Shown: positions 47,542 to 56,988 of the stretch, in pieces | How the letters are laid out: each line of letters opens with the position of its first letter | How positions within the stretch are numbered: the stretch's first letter is position 1 | Origin: an uncultured delta proteobacterium | Lineage (GTDB): Bacteria > Myxococcota > Myxococcia > Myxococcales > Myxococcaceae | NCBI GenBank assembly: GCA_963771175.1 | Contig: CAVYSY010000007.1 | Span: forward strand, 41,782-105,781 | Reading direction: 5' to 3' | DNA length: 64,000 bases | The notes under the pieces: model-generated | Seen by the model: only the letters and a program-made list of their open reading frames with translations | The model's database searches: none | Told to the model about the DNA's origin: nothing | Position numbers and translations under genes: made by a program

Positions 47542-48714
47542 TCACGAGCGGCCGAAGACGATGCGCTCGTCGCTGAGCAGCCGGGAGATGAGCGACAGGC
47601 ACACCGCCGTCAACGCGAGGCTGCTCACCGTGCCCAGCACGAAGGGCAGCGCGCCCAGCACCTCGCCGCGCATCAGCTCGGACACCAGGAGCTGCTGTCC
47701 CAGCACGGGCACTCCGTACATCCACATCTGGCTCTGGATGGGAGACAGCGCCAGCACCATGCCCGGCAGGGTGGGCAGCATCATCAGGAGCTGCAGGTAC
47801 GTCTGCGCCTCCTTGTACGAGCGCGCGAAGGTGGCCACCAGCATCTGCGCCGCCGAGGCCAGCAGCGCCATGGGCAGCATCGCGCCGATCATCGCCACCG
47901 CCGTCGCCGGCTCCAGGCTCACCTTCACGCCCAGGTCCTGCAGCGGCACCCGCTTCGCGATGACCACGAACGCCACCGAGACCACCACCACCGTGACGCA
48001 GGAGAACACCGTGGTGGCCAGCCACTTGCCCACCACCAGCGTCCCGCGCTGCACGGGGTTGAGCAGCAGCGGCTCCAACGAGCCACGCTCGCGCTCGCCC
48101 GCCATGGTGTCGATGGCCACGTTCAACCCGCCGATGAAGCAGGCCATCACCAGGAAGATGGGAATCATGTTGAGGATGCTCGCGGCCAGCCGCTCGGGCG
48201 TGGCCAGGTCCACCTCTTCAATCTGTACGGGCGAGGCCAGCTCCGGCGCCACCCCGCGCGCCAGCAGCCGCTGCATGCCCAGGACTCCCGAGTACCGGCT
48301 CAGCAGCACCTGGATGCGCTTGACGTTGGCGCGCGCCTTGTTGCGCGAGTTGTCCACCACGAGCTGCACCTTCGCCGAGCGTCCCGCCGCGAAGTCCTTC
48401 CCGTAGTCCTCGGGGATGACGAGCACCGCGTCCAGCGTGCCCGCCCGGATGCCCGCTTCGTAGTCCGCCGGAGCCTCGACCAGCTTCGCCCCGGAGCGCT
48501 CCAGGAAGGCCATGAGGCTCGGCGCGTGCGCCCGCCCCACCACGGGCAGCTCCACCGGCTTGTCCTGCCGGTTCCACGAGGCAATGACCGTGAACATCAC
48601 CGCGAAGACGATGGGCCCCACCAGCGAGCCGCCCAGCACGCTCATCACCGAGCGCCGGTCGCGCAGATGGTCCCGCATCTCCTTGCGAAACACCGCCGAG
48701 AGGAGCGCCTTCAC
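47542..48714 (-). CDS. ABC permease (NatB-like)
   Basis: KEMRDHLRDRR, AGERERGSLEPLL and ARSYKEAQ motifs. Confidence 0.92.
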   Translation of the reverse strand: MKALLSAVFRKEMRDHLRDRRSVMSVLGGSLVGPIVFAVMFTVIASWNRQDKPVELPVVGRAHAPSLMAFLERSGAKLVEAPADYEAGIRAGTLDAVLVIPEDYGKDFAAGRSAKVQLVVDNSRNKARANVKRIQVLLSRYSGVLGMQRLLARGVAPELASPVQIEEVDLATPERLAASILNMIPIFLVMACFIGGLNVAIDTMAGERERGSLEPLLLNPVQRGTLVVGKWLATTVFSCVTVVVVSVAFVVIAKRVPLQDLGVKVSLEPATAVAMIGAMLPMALLASAAQMLVATFARSYKEAQTYLQLLMMLPTLPGMVLALSPIQSQMWMYGVPVLGQQLLVSELMRGEVLGALPFVLGTVSSLALTAVCLSLISRLLSDERIVFGRS

Positions 48715-49445
48715 TGCATCAACCCCTGGTCACTGCCGATGACCGTCACGAATGCCTCCTCCAGGCTGTCCTTCCCCGTGCGCGCGCGCAGCTCGTCCGG
48801 GGAGCCCTCCGCCACCACCCTGCCCCGCGCCACCACCACGATGCGGTCACACAGCGCGGCCACCTCCTGCATCACGTGGCTGGAGAACACCACGCAGTGC
48901 CCCTGCTCGCGCAGCCGGCGGATGAGCGTGCGCACCGCGCGCGTGCTCATCACGTCCAGCCCGTTGGTGGGCTCGTCGAGCAGCACGTTGCGCGGCCCGT
49001 GCACCAGCGCCCGCGCCAGCGCCACCTTCATGCGCTCGCCCTGGCTGAAGCCCTCGGTGCGCCGGTCGGCGATGTCCTTCATGTCCAGCAGCTCCACCAG
49101 CTCGTCGATGCGCTTGTCGAGCGCGGCGCCGGACAGGCCGTGCAGCTCGCCGACGTAGTGGATGTGCTCGCGGGCGGTGAGGCGCGGGTAGAGGCCGCGC
49201 GCGTCCGGCAGCACGCCGAGGGCCCGGCGCACCTCCACCGGGTGCTCGGCCACCTCCAGCCCGTCCACCTTGACGCTGCCCCGGTCCGGCCGGATGAGCG
49301 TGTAGAGCATGCGCAGCGTGGTCGTCTTGCCCGCGCCGTTGGGCCCGAGCAGTCCCGTCACCACGCCGTCCTCGGCGCGGAAGCTCACGTCCTCCACCGC
49401 CGTCACCGCGCCGAAGCGCTTGTGCAGGTTCGTCACTTCGATCAT
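48711..49445 (-). CDS. ABC ATP-binding protein (NatA-like)
   Basis: GPNGAGKTT, FSQG, LDEPTNGLD and SSH motifs. Confidence 0.95.
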   Translation of the reverse strand: MIEVTNLHKRFGAVTAVEDVSFRAEDGVVTGLLGPNGAGKTTTLRMLYTLIRPDRGSVKVDGLEVAEHPVEVRRALGVLPDARGLYPRLTAREHIHYVGELHGLSGAALDKRIDELVELLDMKDIADRRTEGFSQGERMKVALARALVHGPRNVLLDEPTNGLDVMSTRAVRTLIRRLREQGHCVVFSSHVMQEVAALCDRIVVVARGRVVAEGSPDELRARTGKDSLEEAFVTVIGSDQGLMQ

Positions 49446-49470
49446 GGCTTTGCACTCGGCAGGCTGGCGC

Positions 49471-50958
49471 TCAGGGCACCGGGCCGGCGAAGGAGGTGAA
49501 GAAGGGGGGACGCTTGAGGCCCTCGCCGCACTTCGACTCGAGCCCCTCCACGCTGCCGCGGGCCACGAAGTCCGCCATCAGCGCGCGCACGCAGCCGATG
49601 CTGCTCGTCCCGTGCCCCACTCCGGGCAGCACCACGTGCCGGCTGTTCGTCAGCGTGCGCATCGCGTCCTCGGCCCACGAGGGCGGCGTCACCGGGTCCA
49701 ACTCGCCCGACAGCAGCAGCACCGGCACGTCCGACTTCACCGGCTCGCGGTAGTCCTTGGGCAGCTCGCCGCGCGGCCAGAAGCGCACACGGCTTGAGCA
49801 TGGTGCGCACCATCGTCTCGCCCAACCACGAGCCCTTCGACTCGCGGGCGAGGGCCTCGTCCGAGATGAGCGGCGCGTCCTCCGCGCACACCACCGAGAG
49901 GAACATGCCCAGGCTCATGTTGGGACTGGCGCCACCGCTCAGGTTCTGGTGGATGGCGACGAGCGGCCGCCAGTCGCCCTGCGTGGCCCGGTCCAGCACC
50001 AGCGGCACCAGCGACGTCGCCTCGGGCATGTAGAGCACCCCGCGCAGCACCGCCACGAAGGTGGTCGTGGCTGATGGTGAGGTCCTCCGGCACGCCGGTC
50101 AGCGGGTGCTCCACCCGCGTGCGCACCGGCTCCTTCTGGAGCTGTGCCAGCAGCGACTCGAAGCGGCCCCTCAGCTCCGGGTAGCGCTTCGCGCACGCCG
50201 CGTCCTGCTCGCAGTGCGTGAAGAGCAGGTCCAGCGCCCGCTGGCTGTCGCGCGCGACGTTGAGCGGCAGCAGCAGGGACATGGGCGCCACGCCCTCGAG
50301 CATGACGGTGCGCACGTGCTCCGGGTGCTGGCGCAGGTACACCAGCGCGGCGCGCGTGCCGTAGGAGACGCCGTACAGGTTGAGCTTCTCGTAGCCGAGC
50401 GCCTCGCGCACCTCGTCCAGGTCGTCCATGGCGATGGGCGTGGTGTAGAGGCGCACGTCCGCGTCATAGCCGGCGAGGCACTTGCGGAACTCCTCCTCGC
50501 GGTAGGTGTCGTCGAACTGCTGGGCCAGCGGCGCGTCATGGGGCACCGGCTCGCACTCGAGCGGCCGCGAGTCCCCCGTGCCCCGCTGGTCCACGAAGAC
50601 CAGGTCCCGGTTGCGGTGGAGGCGCTCCAGCACGGGCACCATGTACCCGGCCAGCTTCGCGGCGCCCTGTCCCGGTCCACCGGCCAGCATCACCACCGGG
50701 TCCGGCTCCGGCGAGGACGCCAGCGCCGGCACCACCACCACCTTCAGCGGCACCTTGCGCCCCTGCTTCGCGGCGCGGTCCTCCCACACCTCATGGGTGC
50801 CACACAGGGCCTGCCGGCCCGAGCCCTCCAGCCGGCACGGGCTCGAGGGCCACCTTCCGAGAGGGCCCCGACGCGCCAGCACCCCGCGTGCAGGCGGTGA
50901 GCGACAGCAGGACACAGAGCAGGGCGGGCAGCAGCCGGGATGCGGAGGGCGTTCTCAC
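49471..50958 (-). CDS. Lipoprotein alpha/beta hydrolase (TAP-like peptidase), three frameshifts
   Basis: LTAC lipobox, AGGPG, DQRGTG, GVSYG nucleophile, DPVTP and GH motifs. Confidence 0.85.
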
Positions 50959-51086
50959 GGGGCCCAAGGCTTATCACCCCCCACCTCGGCCACACACCCC
51001 TACCCCCTCACCCGGCGGCCGGGCTCGCCCGAGCACCCGTTTGAATTGCCCGGTAGCATGGCCCGTCCCCTGCTAAGCCCATGACC

Positions 51087-51923
51087 ATGAAGAACCGCTC
51101 GCTCCTCGTCCTCGCGACCCTTGGCCTCGCCCTGCTCGCCGGCTGCGCCTCGCTGCAGCGCATGGCCAAGAACGCCTTCCAGAAACCGCGCCTCACCTTC
51201 AAGCAGGCCCGCCTGCAGAAGGCCTCGCTCGCCGACGCCACCGTCGACCTCGTCTACCAGTTGGAGAACCCCAACCCGCTCGGGCTGAAGCTCGCCTCCA
51301 TCGACTACGCCTTCTTCGTCGAGGGCAAGCAGGTGGTGGCCGGCACTCCGCCCAAGGGCCTCAACATCGCCGCCAAGGGCAAGTCCGAGCTCGTCTTCCC
51401 CGCCAACGTGAAGTTCGCGGACATCGTCCCCGTGGTGCAGACGTTCCTCAACCAGGACACCGCCCGCTACAAGGCCCAGGGCAGCGTGGGCATCCAGACG
51501 CCCATCGGCGTGCTGCGCTTCCCCCTCGAGCACGAGGGCACCTTCGAGGTCCCCAAGGTTCCCCAGGTCCAGTTCGAGTCCCCCCGCATCACCAACGTCA
51601 CCCTCCAGGGCGCCACCGTGGAGTTCCCCCTCACCGTGAAGAACCGCAACAGCTTCCCCCTCCCGGTGGGCGGCATCAGCGGCGCCCTCAGGGTGGCCGG
51701 CAGCAGCGTGGGCAACCTCTCCACCGGCGACCTCGGCCTGCTGGAGGCCGGCAGCACCCGCCAGCTCTCCCTGCCCCTCAAAATCAACTTCCTGAGCGCC
51801 GCCGCCGCGGCCGGCGCCCTGCGCTCGGGCGGCAATGCCCAGGTGAAGCTGGATGGCCAGCTCCTCTCGGGCGGCCAGAACGTGCCCCTGGACGTCGCGC
51901 AGCTCCTGAATTTCCGGCGATAG
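51087..51923 (+). CDS. LEA type 2/WHy-domain lipoprotein (two domains)
   Basis: LAGC lipobox; ENPNP and KNRNSFPL repeats. Confidence 0.88.
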   Translation: MKNRSLLVLATLGLALLAGCASLQRMAKNAFQKPRLTFKQARLQKASLADATVDLVYQLENPNPLGLKLASIDYAFFVEGKQVVAGTPPKGLNIAAKGKSELVFPANVKFADIVPVVQTFLNQDTARYKAQGSVGIQTPIGVLRFPLEHEGTFEVPKVPQVQFESPRITNVTLQGATVEFPLTVKNRNSFPLPVGGISGALRVAGSSVGNLSTGDLGLLEAGSTRQLSLPLKINFLSAAAAAGALRSGGNAQVKLDGQLLSGGQNVPLDVAQLLNFRR

Positions 51924-52020
51924 CCGGCTCGGCCGGGGGCAGGCGACCGGGGGAGCTCTTGAAGGTTGTCCCCCGGCGCTCCACCCGTTACGGTTGCGCG
52001 GCATTCTTCCGGGCCCCCTC

Positions 52021-52414
52021 ATGCGCCGCATTCTCTTCAAGTCCAAGATCCACCGCGCGACCGTCACCCAGGCCGACCTGGATTACGAGGGCTCGGTCAC
52101 CATCGACCGAGACCTGCTGCGCGCCGCCGACATCCTCCCCTACGAGAAGGTGGCGGTGTGGAACGTGACGCAGGGCACCCGCCTGGAGACCTACGCCCTG
52201 GAGGGCGAGGCGGGCAGCGGCGTCATCTGCATCAACGGCGCGGCGGCGCACCTCAACAAGCCGGGGGACCTCGTCATCCTGGCCACCTTCGCCGAGGTGG
52301 AGGAGCACGAGGCGGCCCACTGGAAGCCCACGGTCGTCTTCGTGGACGAGAAGAACCGGCATCGTCCCCGGCCGGACGGAGGAGATTCCGGGCCCGGCGC
52401 GCCGTATCGCCTGA
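52021..52414 (+). CDS. panD: Aspartate 1-decarboxylase, frameshift near C-terminus (about 52360)
   Basis: [14 protein letters not shown] cleavage site, RLETY and INGAAAH motifs. Confidence 0.95.
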
Positions 52415-52530
52415 GCGACGCCGGACGCGCTCAACGTCAACTGCTTTACCCTCCCGCGCGGGCTTGCCATGCTCGTGCGCTCATTCCGTGCGAGTGAAGG
52501 GGCCGTCAGGGTCCCGGAGGCGAGGAAGCG

Positions 52531-52974
52531 ATGAAGTGGACGTGGGCGTGTGGAGGCCTGCTGTTGATGCTGGCGGGCTGTGGCACCTCCAAGGAGGCCT
52601 TCCGACCCAACCCCAACGACGATGATCCGCTCGTGGGGGCCGTGCAGGTGGTGCGCTCGCCGAGGCTGGACCGGTGCGTGCAGCACGGGGGCTCCTCGGT
52701 GCGCGGCAACTGTGACGAGGCCCGCTACCTGGGCTCCGAGTACACGCGGCGGCTGTCGGTCGGGGACGAGGTGTGCCTCGAGGGCGGTTACGGAGATGAG
52801 CCGGGGGGGATGTGCCTGGCGCGGGCGGTGGTCATCGACACGGCACCCAACCAGATAAAGCTCGAGGTGCGCACGGCGAAGCCGGACTCGCGCTGGTACA
52901 ACGCCGAGATGCGCCACGCCTGGTACGAGGAAGGCGCGCTGGTGGACCTTTACCTCGCCGAGCGGGGTTACTGA
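52531..52974 (+). CDS. Putative lipoprotein
   Basis: LAGC lipobox; GAGG RBS. Confidence 0.75.
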   Translation: MKWTWACGGLLLMLAGCGTSKEAFRPNPNDDDPLVGAVQVVRSPRLDRCVQHGGSSVRGNCDEARYLGSEYTRRLSVGDEVCLEGGYGDEPGGMCLARAVVIDTAPNQIKLEVRTAKPDSRWYNAEMRHAWYEEGALVDLYLAERGY

Positions 52975-52989
52975 GGGGAGGAGACACGC

Positions 52990-53610
52990 ATGGCCTTCTA
53001 TGACCCCATCGCCGACAAGGTGAAGAGGCTCACCCCGGCGGAGCTGAAGAAGCTGGCGGACACGAAGTTGGCGGACCTGGTGCAGCAGGAGGTACCGCGC
53101 GCGCGCAAGCGGGTGGCGGAGCTGGAGCAGCGCTACCCGTCGGCGGGGACGAGGGAGCGGGCGCAGCGGCTCATCGACGAGAAGAAGCACATCGCGGGGA
53201 TGGTGGGAGGAATCTCCGGCGTCTTCGGGCTGCTGGGGCTGCCGGCGGACCTGACGGTGATGGCGTGGCTGCAGCTCACGCTGCTGGTGGACCTGGCCAC
53301 GCTCTACAAGGTGAACCTGAAGAGCGAGCGGGCACGCAACGAGCTGCTGGACCTGTACGGCTACGCGACGGGCGTGGGGCCGATGCAGCGCTCGAGCCCC
53401 CGGGTGCTGGGGAAGGTGGCCGAGGTGCTACTGAGGAAGGGCGGCATGCACATGCTGGGACGGGCGATGCCCCTGGTGGCGGCGCCGGTGACGGCGTACC
53501 TCAACAACCAGCACATCCAGAAGGTGGGCGACCATGCGGTGCGCTCCTACGAGGGCTTCGACAAGGCGCACGCGAAGACAAAGCAGGCCTCCTCGCGCAA
53601 GGCGAGCTGA
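52990..53610 (+). CDS. EcsC-family-like protein
   Basis: GG..G..GL.GLPADL and PLVAAPV.A..N motifs. Confidence 0.75.
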   Translation: MAFYDPIADKVKRLTPAELKKLADTKLADLVQQEVPRARKRVAELEQRYPSAGTRERAQRLIDEKKHIAGMVGGISGVFGLLGLPADLTVMAWLQLTLLVDLATLYKVNLKSERARNELLDLYGYATGVGPMQRSSPRVLGKVAEVLLRKGGMHMLGRAMPLVAAPVTAYLNNQHIQKVGDHAVRSYEGFDKAHAKTKQASSRKAS

Positions 53611-54111
53611 GTGACCGAGCACGCCCGACAGGTCTGTCCGCTGACGGGGGCGTACCTGCGCCCCTACTTCGAATCGCTGGTGGCCAGGGCCGTGGCGGAC
53701 GCGAATCAAGCGCGCATGCCGCTCACGGTGCTCTGGGTGGACACGGACGAGACCCAGGAAGGCAACGACGCGCACGGGCGCGAGACGATGGACGCGGCAC
53801 TGAGCGCGCTGGTGGACGAGCTCGGAGCGGAGCTGGATGGACGCGGGCCCATCGGCCGCATGGAAGGGGACGCGTTCGCGGTGAGCCTCTTCGCGGTGGC
53901 TCCGTACATGGGAGAGCGGCTGGCGGAGAGGTTGCGTCGTCGGCTCGCGACGCGGACCTTCCCTTCGCTCTCCGGCGACTTCCACCTCACCGTCTCCGTG
54001 GGCGTGGCGGGACTGCGCCCCGGAGAGCCCTATGGCAACCTGCTCGACGCGGCGGAGGCCACGTGTGGGCGGGCGAAGCAGGCCGGGCGGAACCGCGTGG
54101 TGACGCGGTAG
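53611..54111 (+). CDS. Standalone degenerate GGDEF-domain protein
   Basis: PLTG, ND.HG, RMEGDAF, TVSVGVA and AKQAGRNRV motifs. Confidence 0.85.
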   Translation: MTEHARQVCPLTGAYLRPYFESLVARAVADANQARMPLTVLWVDTDETQEGNDAHGRETMDAALSALVDELGAELDGRGPIGRMEGDAFAVSLFAVAPYMGERLAERLRRRLATRTFPSLSGDFHLTVSVGVAGLRPGEPYGNLLDAAEATCGRAKQAGRNRVVTR

Positions 54112-54114
54112 GCC

Positions 54115-55707
54115 CTACGCCATCCCCAGCGCCTTCATCCGCGCCTTGAGGGTGTTGAGCGCGATGCCCAGCTCCACCGCGGCCCGGCTCTTCTTGCCCT
54201 GGTGCTTCTCCAGCGCGCTCCGGATGTCCTGCTCGGTCAGGTCCCCCGGGCGCTTGCGGAGGGACACCGGTGATTCGGGGAGGGGCGTGAGCCCCCTCGG
54301 CGCGGGCGTGGCCGAGGGGCCCCCGAAGCCGAGCAGCCGCTGCGACAGGTAGCTCTTCACCGCCTCCAGCGTGATGATGAGCCGCTGGCGCTCGATGCCC
54401 TCCAGCTCCTGCCTCGCCGCCTCGCGCGCCACCACGGTCCGCACCGTCGACTCCAGCTCGCGGATCTGCCCCGGCCAATCCGCTTTCTGCAGGTACGCGA
54501 TGGCATCAGTGGTGAGCTCGGCGTCGTAGCGCTGCTCCACGTGGAGCCGGTGCAGGAACGTCTCCAACAGATGGGGGATGTCCTCACGCCGCTCCTCCAG
54601 CGTGGGCAGCACGATGACGTCTCCGGTGGCGAGCCGCTGCGTCAGGTCCTGCCGCAGCCCCGTCTGGTGCAGCGGCACCTTCGAGGCCGAGATGAGCCGG
54701 AAGCGCGGCGGCGGCTCGCGGAAGTCCGCCGGTGCACCCAGCGGCGCGAGGCTGCCGGTGCCCTCCAGCACGTCGATGAGGAAGTCCTGGGCCAGCGGTG
54801 GCAGGAACTCCACCTCGTCCAGGAAGAGCGTGCCTCCATTGGCGCTGTAGAGCTTGCCCACCCGCGCCATCAAGGCCCCGGTGTACGCGCCCTTCACGTG
54901 CCCGAGCAGCTCACTGCTGAGCGCCGCCGTGTCCTGGGAGAGCCGGCCACAGTTGAGGATGACGAAGTTGCCCTGGAGCCGGCTCCGGCTGTGGATTTCC
55001 CGCGCGATGAACGTCTTCCCCGTGCCCGACCTGCCCAGCAGGAACACCGGGAGGTGGTGGCGGGCACACACGTCGATGGAGCGCTCGAGCCCGGTGGCGA
55101 TGGGAGACCCCGCGCGCATGGGACGAGGACCCGCCACCAGCCCGTGCGGCACCTCCTCCAGCAGGGTGATGCGGCTCTTTCCGTTGCCAAGCACGACCGT
55201 GTCCCCGACCTCGAGGACCCAGTCGCGCGAGGGGCCCACCCGCTGGGAGGACTGACGCGCGTCCCCCGTCCCCAGCGCCTCCGCCCGCCCCAGGTAGCTG
55301 CCATTCCTCGAGTTGAGGTCCCGGTACACCCAGCGGTGATCCTCCCGGAAGGACAGGCGCCCGTGCTGCCTCGACACCGTTGACTGGGGGAAGACCACCG
55401 TGGACTCGGGCGCCCGCCCGAAGACATAGGAGCGATCCGAGTACAGGGGTACCACCAGCTCCTCCACGCCCTCGCGCTGCACGAGGAGGGCCTTCGGCTC
55501 GCGGTACGGCACGGCTTCGACCTCGCGAGCCGCCGGCGCCTCCCGCAGGGGCCGCTCGTTGCGCGTGCTGGACTCGGAACCGATGGAGACGAGGGCGGCC
55601 TGGGCGTGGTGGGTCGCGGCGCGCGAAGAGCGGTCCGGAGCCGCAGCGGACCTCTGCTCCGCTCCGACCTCGACACGTCGACTCGACTCCTCGTCCCTAC
55701 TGGTCAT
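54115..55707 (-). CDS. FHA + sigma54 AAA+ activator + Fis-type HTH, paralog 1
   Basis: FGR..VSRQH..NSRNG; GRSGTGKT; GHVKGAYTGA; LFLDEV; WPGQIRELE. Confidence 0.93.
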   Translation of the reverse strand: MTSRDEESSRRVEVGAEQRSAAAPDRSSRAATHHAQAALVSIGSESSTRNERPLREAPAAREVEAVPYREPKALLVQREGVEELVVPLYSDRSYVFGRAPESTVVFPQSTVSRQHGRLSFREDHRWVYRDLNSRNGSYLGRAEALGTGDARQSSQRVGPSRDWVLEVGDTVVLGNGKSRITLLEEVPHGLVAGPRPMRAGSPIATGLERSIDVCARHHLPVFLLGRSGTGKTFIAREIHSRSRLQGNFVILNCGRLSQDTAALSSELLGHVKGAYTGALMARVGKLYSANGGTLFLDEVEFLPPLAQDFLIDVLEGTGSLAPLGAPADFREPPPRFRLISASKVPLHQTGLRQDLTQRLATGDVIVLPTLEERREDIPHLLETFLHRLHVEQRYDAELTTDAIAYLQKADWPGQIRELESTVRTVVAREAARQELEGIERQRLIITLEAVKSYLSQRLLGFGGPSATPAPRGLTPLPESPVSLRKRPGDLTEQDIRSALEKHQGKKSRAAVELGIALNTLKARMKALGMA

Positions 55708-55732
55708 CCACCCCTCGACATGCGGAGTTGCC

Positions 55733-55758
55733 TGTCAGGATTGATAGCAGTCCTGACA
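55733..55758. promoter_or_regulatory. Inverted-repeat site upstream of activator 1
   Basis: TGTCAGGA-N10-TCCTGACA; 17-bp core shared with 58655-58680. Confidence 0.6.
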
Positions 55759-55817
55759 AAACCTCGCTTTCACGTTCTTGATCGACAGAAGCTTTATCGG
55801 CTTTTTGGTGGAAACAC

Positions 55818-55833
55818 TGGCACTCCGGGTGAA
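55818..55833 (+). promoter_or_regulatory. Possible sigma54 promoter
   Basis: TGGCACTCCGGGTGAA (GG-N10-GA), divergent from activator 1. Confidence 0.4.
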
Positions 55834-55881
55834 GGAGGACCCGGCATGTGACGTGCAAAGGAAAACCCGCGCAGTCGCCGG

Positions 55882-56976
55882 ATGAGCCGGCCCCGCCCCT
55901 CAGGAGCACGCGTGTTCACCACCTCTGTCGGATACATCGGCCAGAGCAGCGCGACGGATCATCTCGCGCCCGAGCAGCGGCGGCAGGCCCTGCGTTGGCT
56001 CATGCGCGACGACTCCATTTCCTACCCCGCTGTCGACGAGGTGCTCCGTGCGTGCCTGCGAGATGAGGACGCGGAGGTGCGGGTGACGGCGGTGCTGGCG
56101 GCAGCGCGGCTGCGGGCCCGCGAGGTGCTGCCAACGCTCCACGCGGTGCCCCTTCCCAACGCGCTCCGGGAGCTCGAGGACCCCCGGGAGCGCCGCGCCC
56201 TCGAGCAGCTCTTCAAGGGGGTCATCCGATACCTCCACGAGCGTCAACTCCCGAGCATCCTCGTGCCCGGGAGGGATCCGCTGCGGTCGTTGCGAGAGTT
56301 GCTCGACGGCGCCGTGGAGGTGACGGACGCGACGTCGCTGCTGCTCCACTCGCTCACCACGCCCCTGGCGTTGGGGCGGCGGCCCCAGCTCCTTCCCTCG
56401 GGAATCATCGAGCGGCAGGGTCAATTCTACCTGCGCCGCTCGGGCCTGCCGTTGCAGTGGGTCGCTCCGATCGACCACTGGCTGGGCGCCCACACCCCGC
56501 GCCGGGTGCGCTCCGAGGGCTTCTTCGTGGCCCGTTTCCCAGTGGATTGCTCCCTCGCGACCTGGATGGGTAATCCTCTACCCATCCGTGTCGTTCCCGA
56601 CCGGGAGCGGACGTGGCTCGGCTCGTTCGAAGAGGCCCAGTGGCTGTGCAAAACCCTCTCACGAATCGAGAAAATCTCCCTCCGGCCGCCGACGGTGGAC
56701 GAGTGGGAGATGGCGGCGCGCGGACCGGATGGGCGGCGCCACCCGTGGGGGAACCTGCCGCAGCGGGACGGGGAGCGGTGCGCGTCTCCGTGGGGGGTGG
56801 AGGACCTGGTGGGGGACGTCCCCGAATGGACTTTCGAGCCCGAGAACGCCACGCGATTCCTCCGGGGCGGCGTGGAGTCCCGGACGTGGATGAAGCACGG
56901 CGTGGAGCTGACGGACGAGGAGCCCGTCGCGGCCCTGCGGCCCGTCATCCCGGCCTTCCCGCTCTGTTCGGCGTAG
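55882..56976 (+). CDS. HEAT-like + FGE-sulfatase (SUMF1)-like domain protein
   Basis: LRDEDAEVR; LRPPTVDEWEMAARG.DGRRHPWG; SPWGVEDLVGDVPEW; start uncertain. Confidence 0.75.
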   Translation: MSRPRPSGARVFTTSVGYIGQSSATDHLAPEQRRQALRWLMRDDSISYPAVDEVLRACLRDEDAEVRVTAVLAAARLRAREVLPTLHAVPLPNALRELEDPRERRALEQLFKGVIRYLHERQLPSILVPGRDPLRSLRELLDGAVEVTDATSLLLHSLTTPLALGRRPQLLPSGIIERQGQFYLRRSGLPLQWVAPIDHWLGAHTPRRVRSEGFFVARFPVDCSLATWMGNPLPIRVVPDRERTWLGSFEEAQWLCKTLSRIEKISLRPPTVDEWEMAARGPDGRRHPWGNLPQRDGERCASPWGVEDLVGDVPEWTFEPENATRFLRGGVESRTWMKHGVELTDEEPVAALRPVIPAFPLCSA

Positions 56977-56988
56977 CGGGGGCTCGCG

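Noticed and set aside
55846..55881. Second selenoprotein: ATG-TGA in frame with the FGE-like ORF
   Set aside because: UGA at codon 2 with no redox motif or recognisable homology; more likely chance or decay
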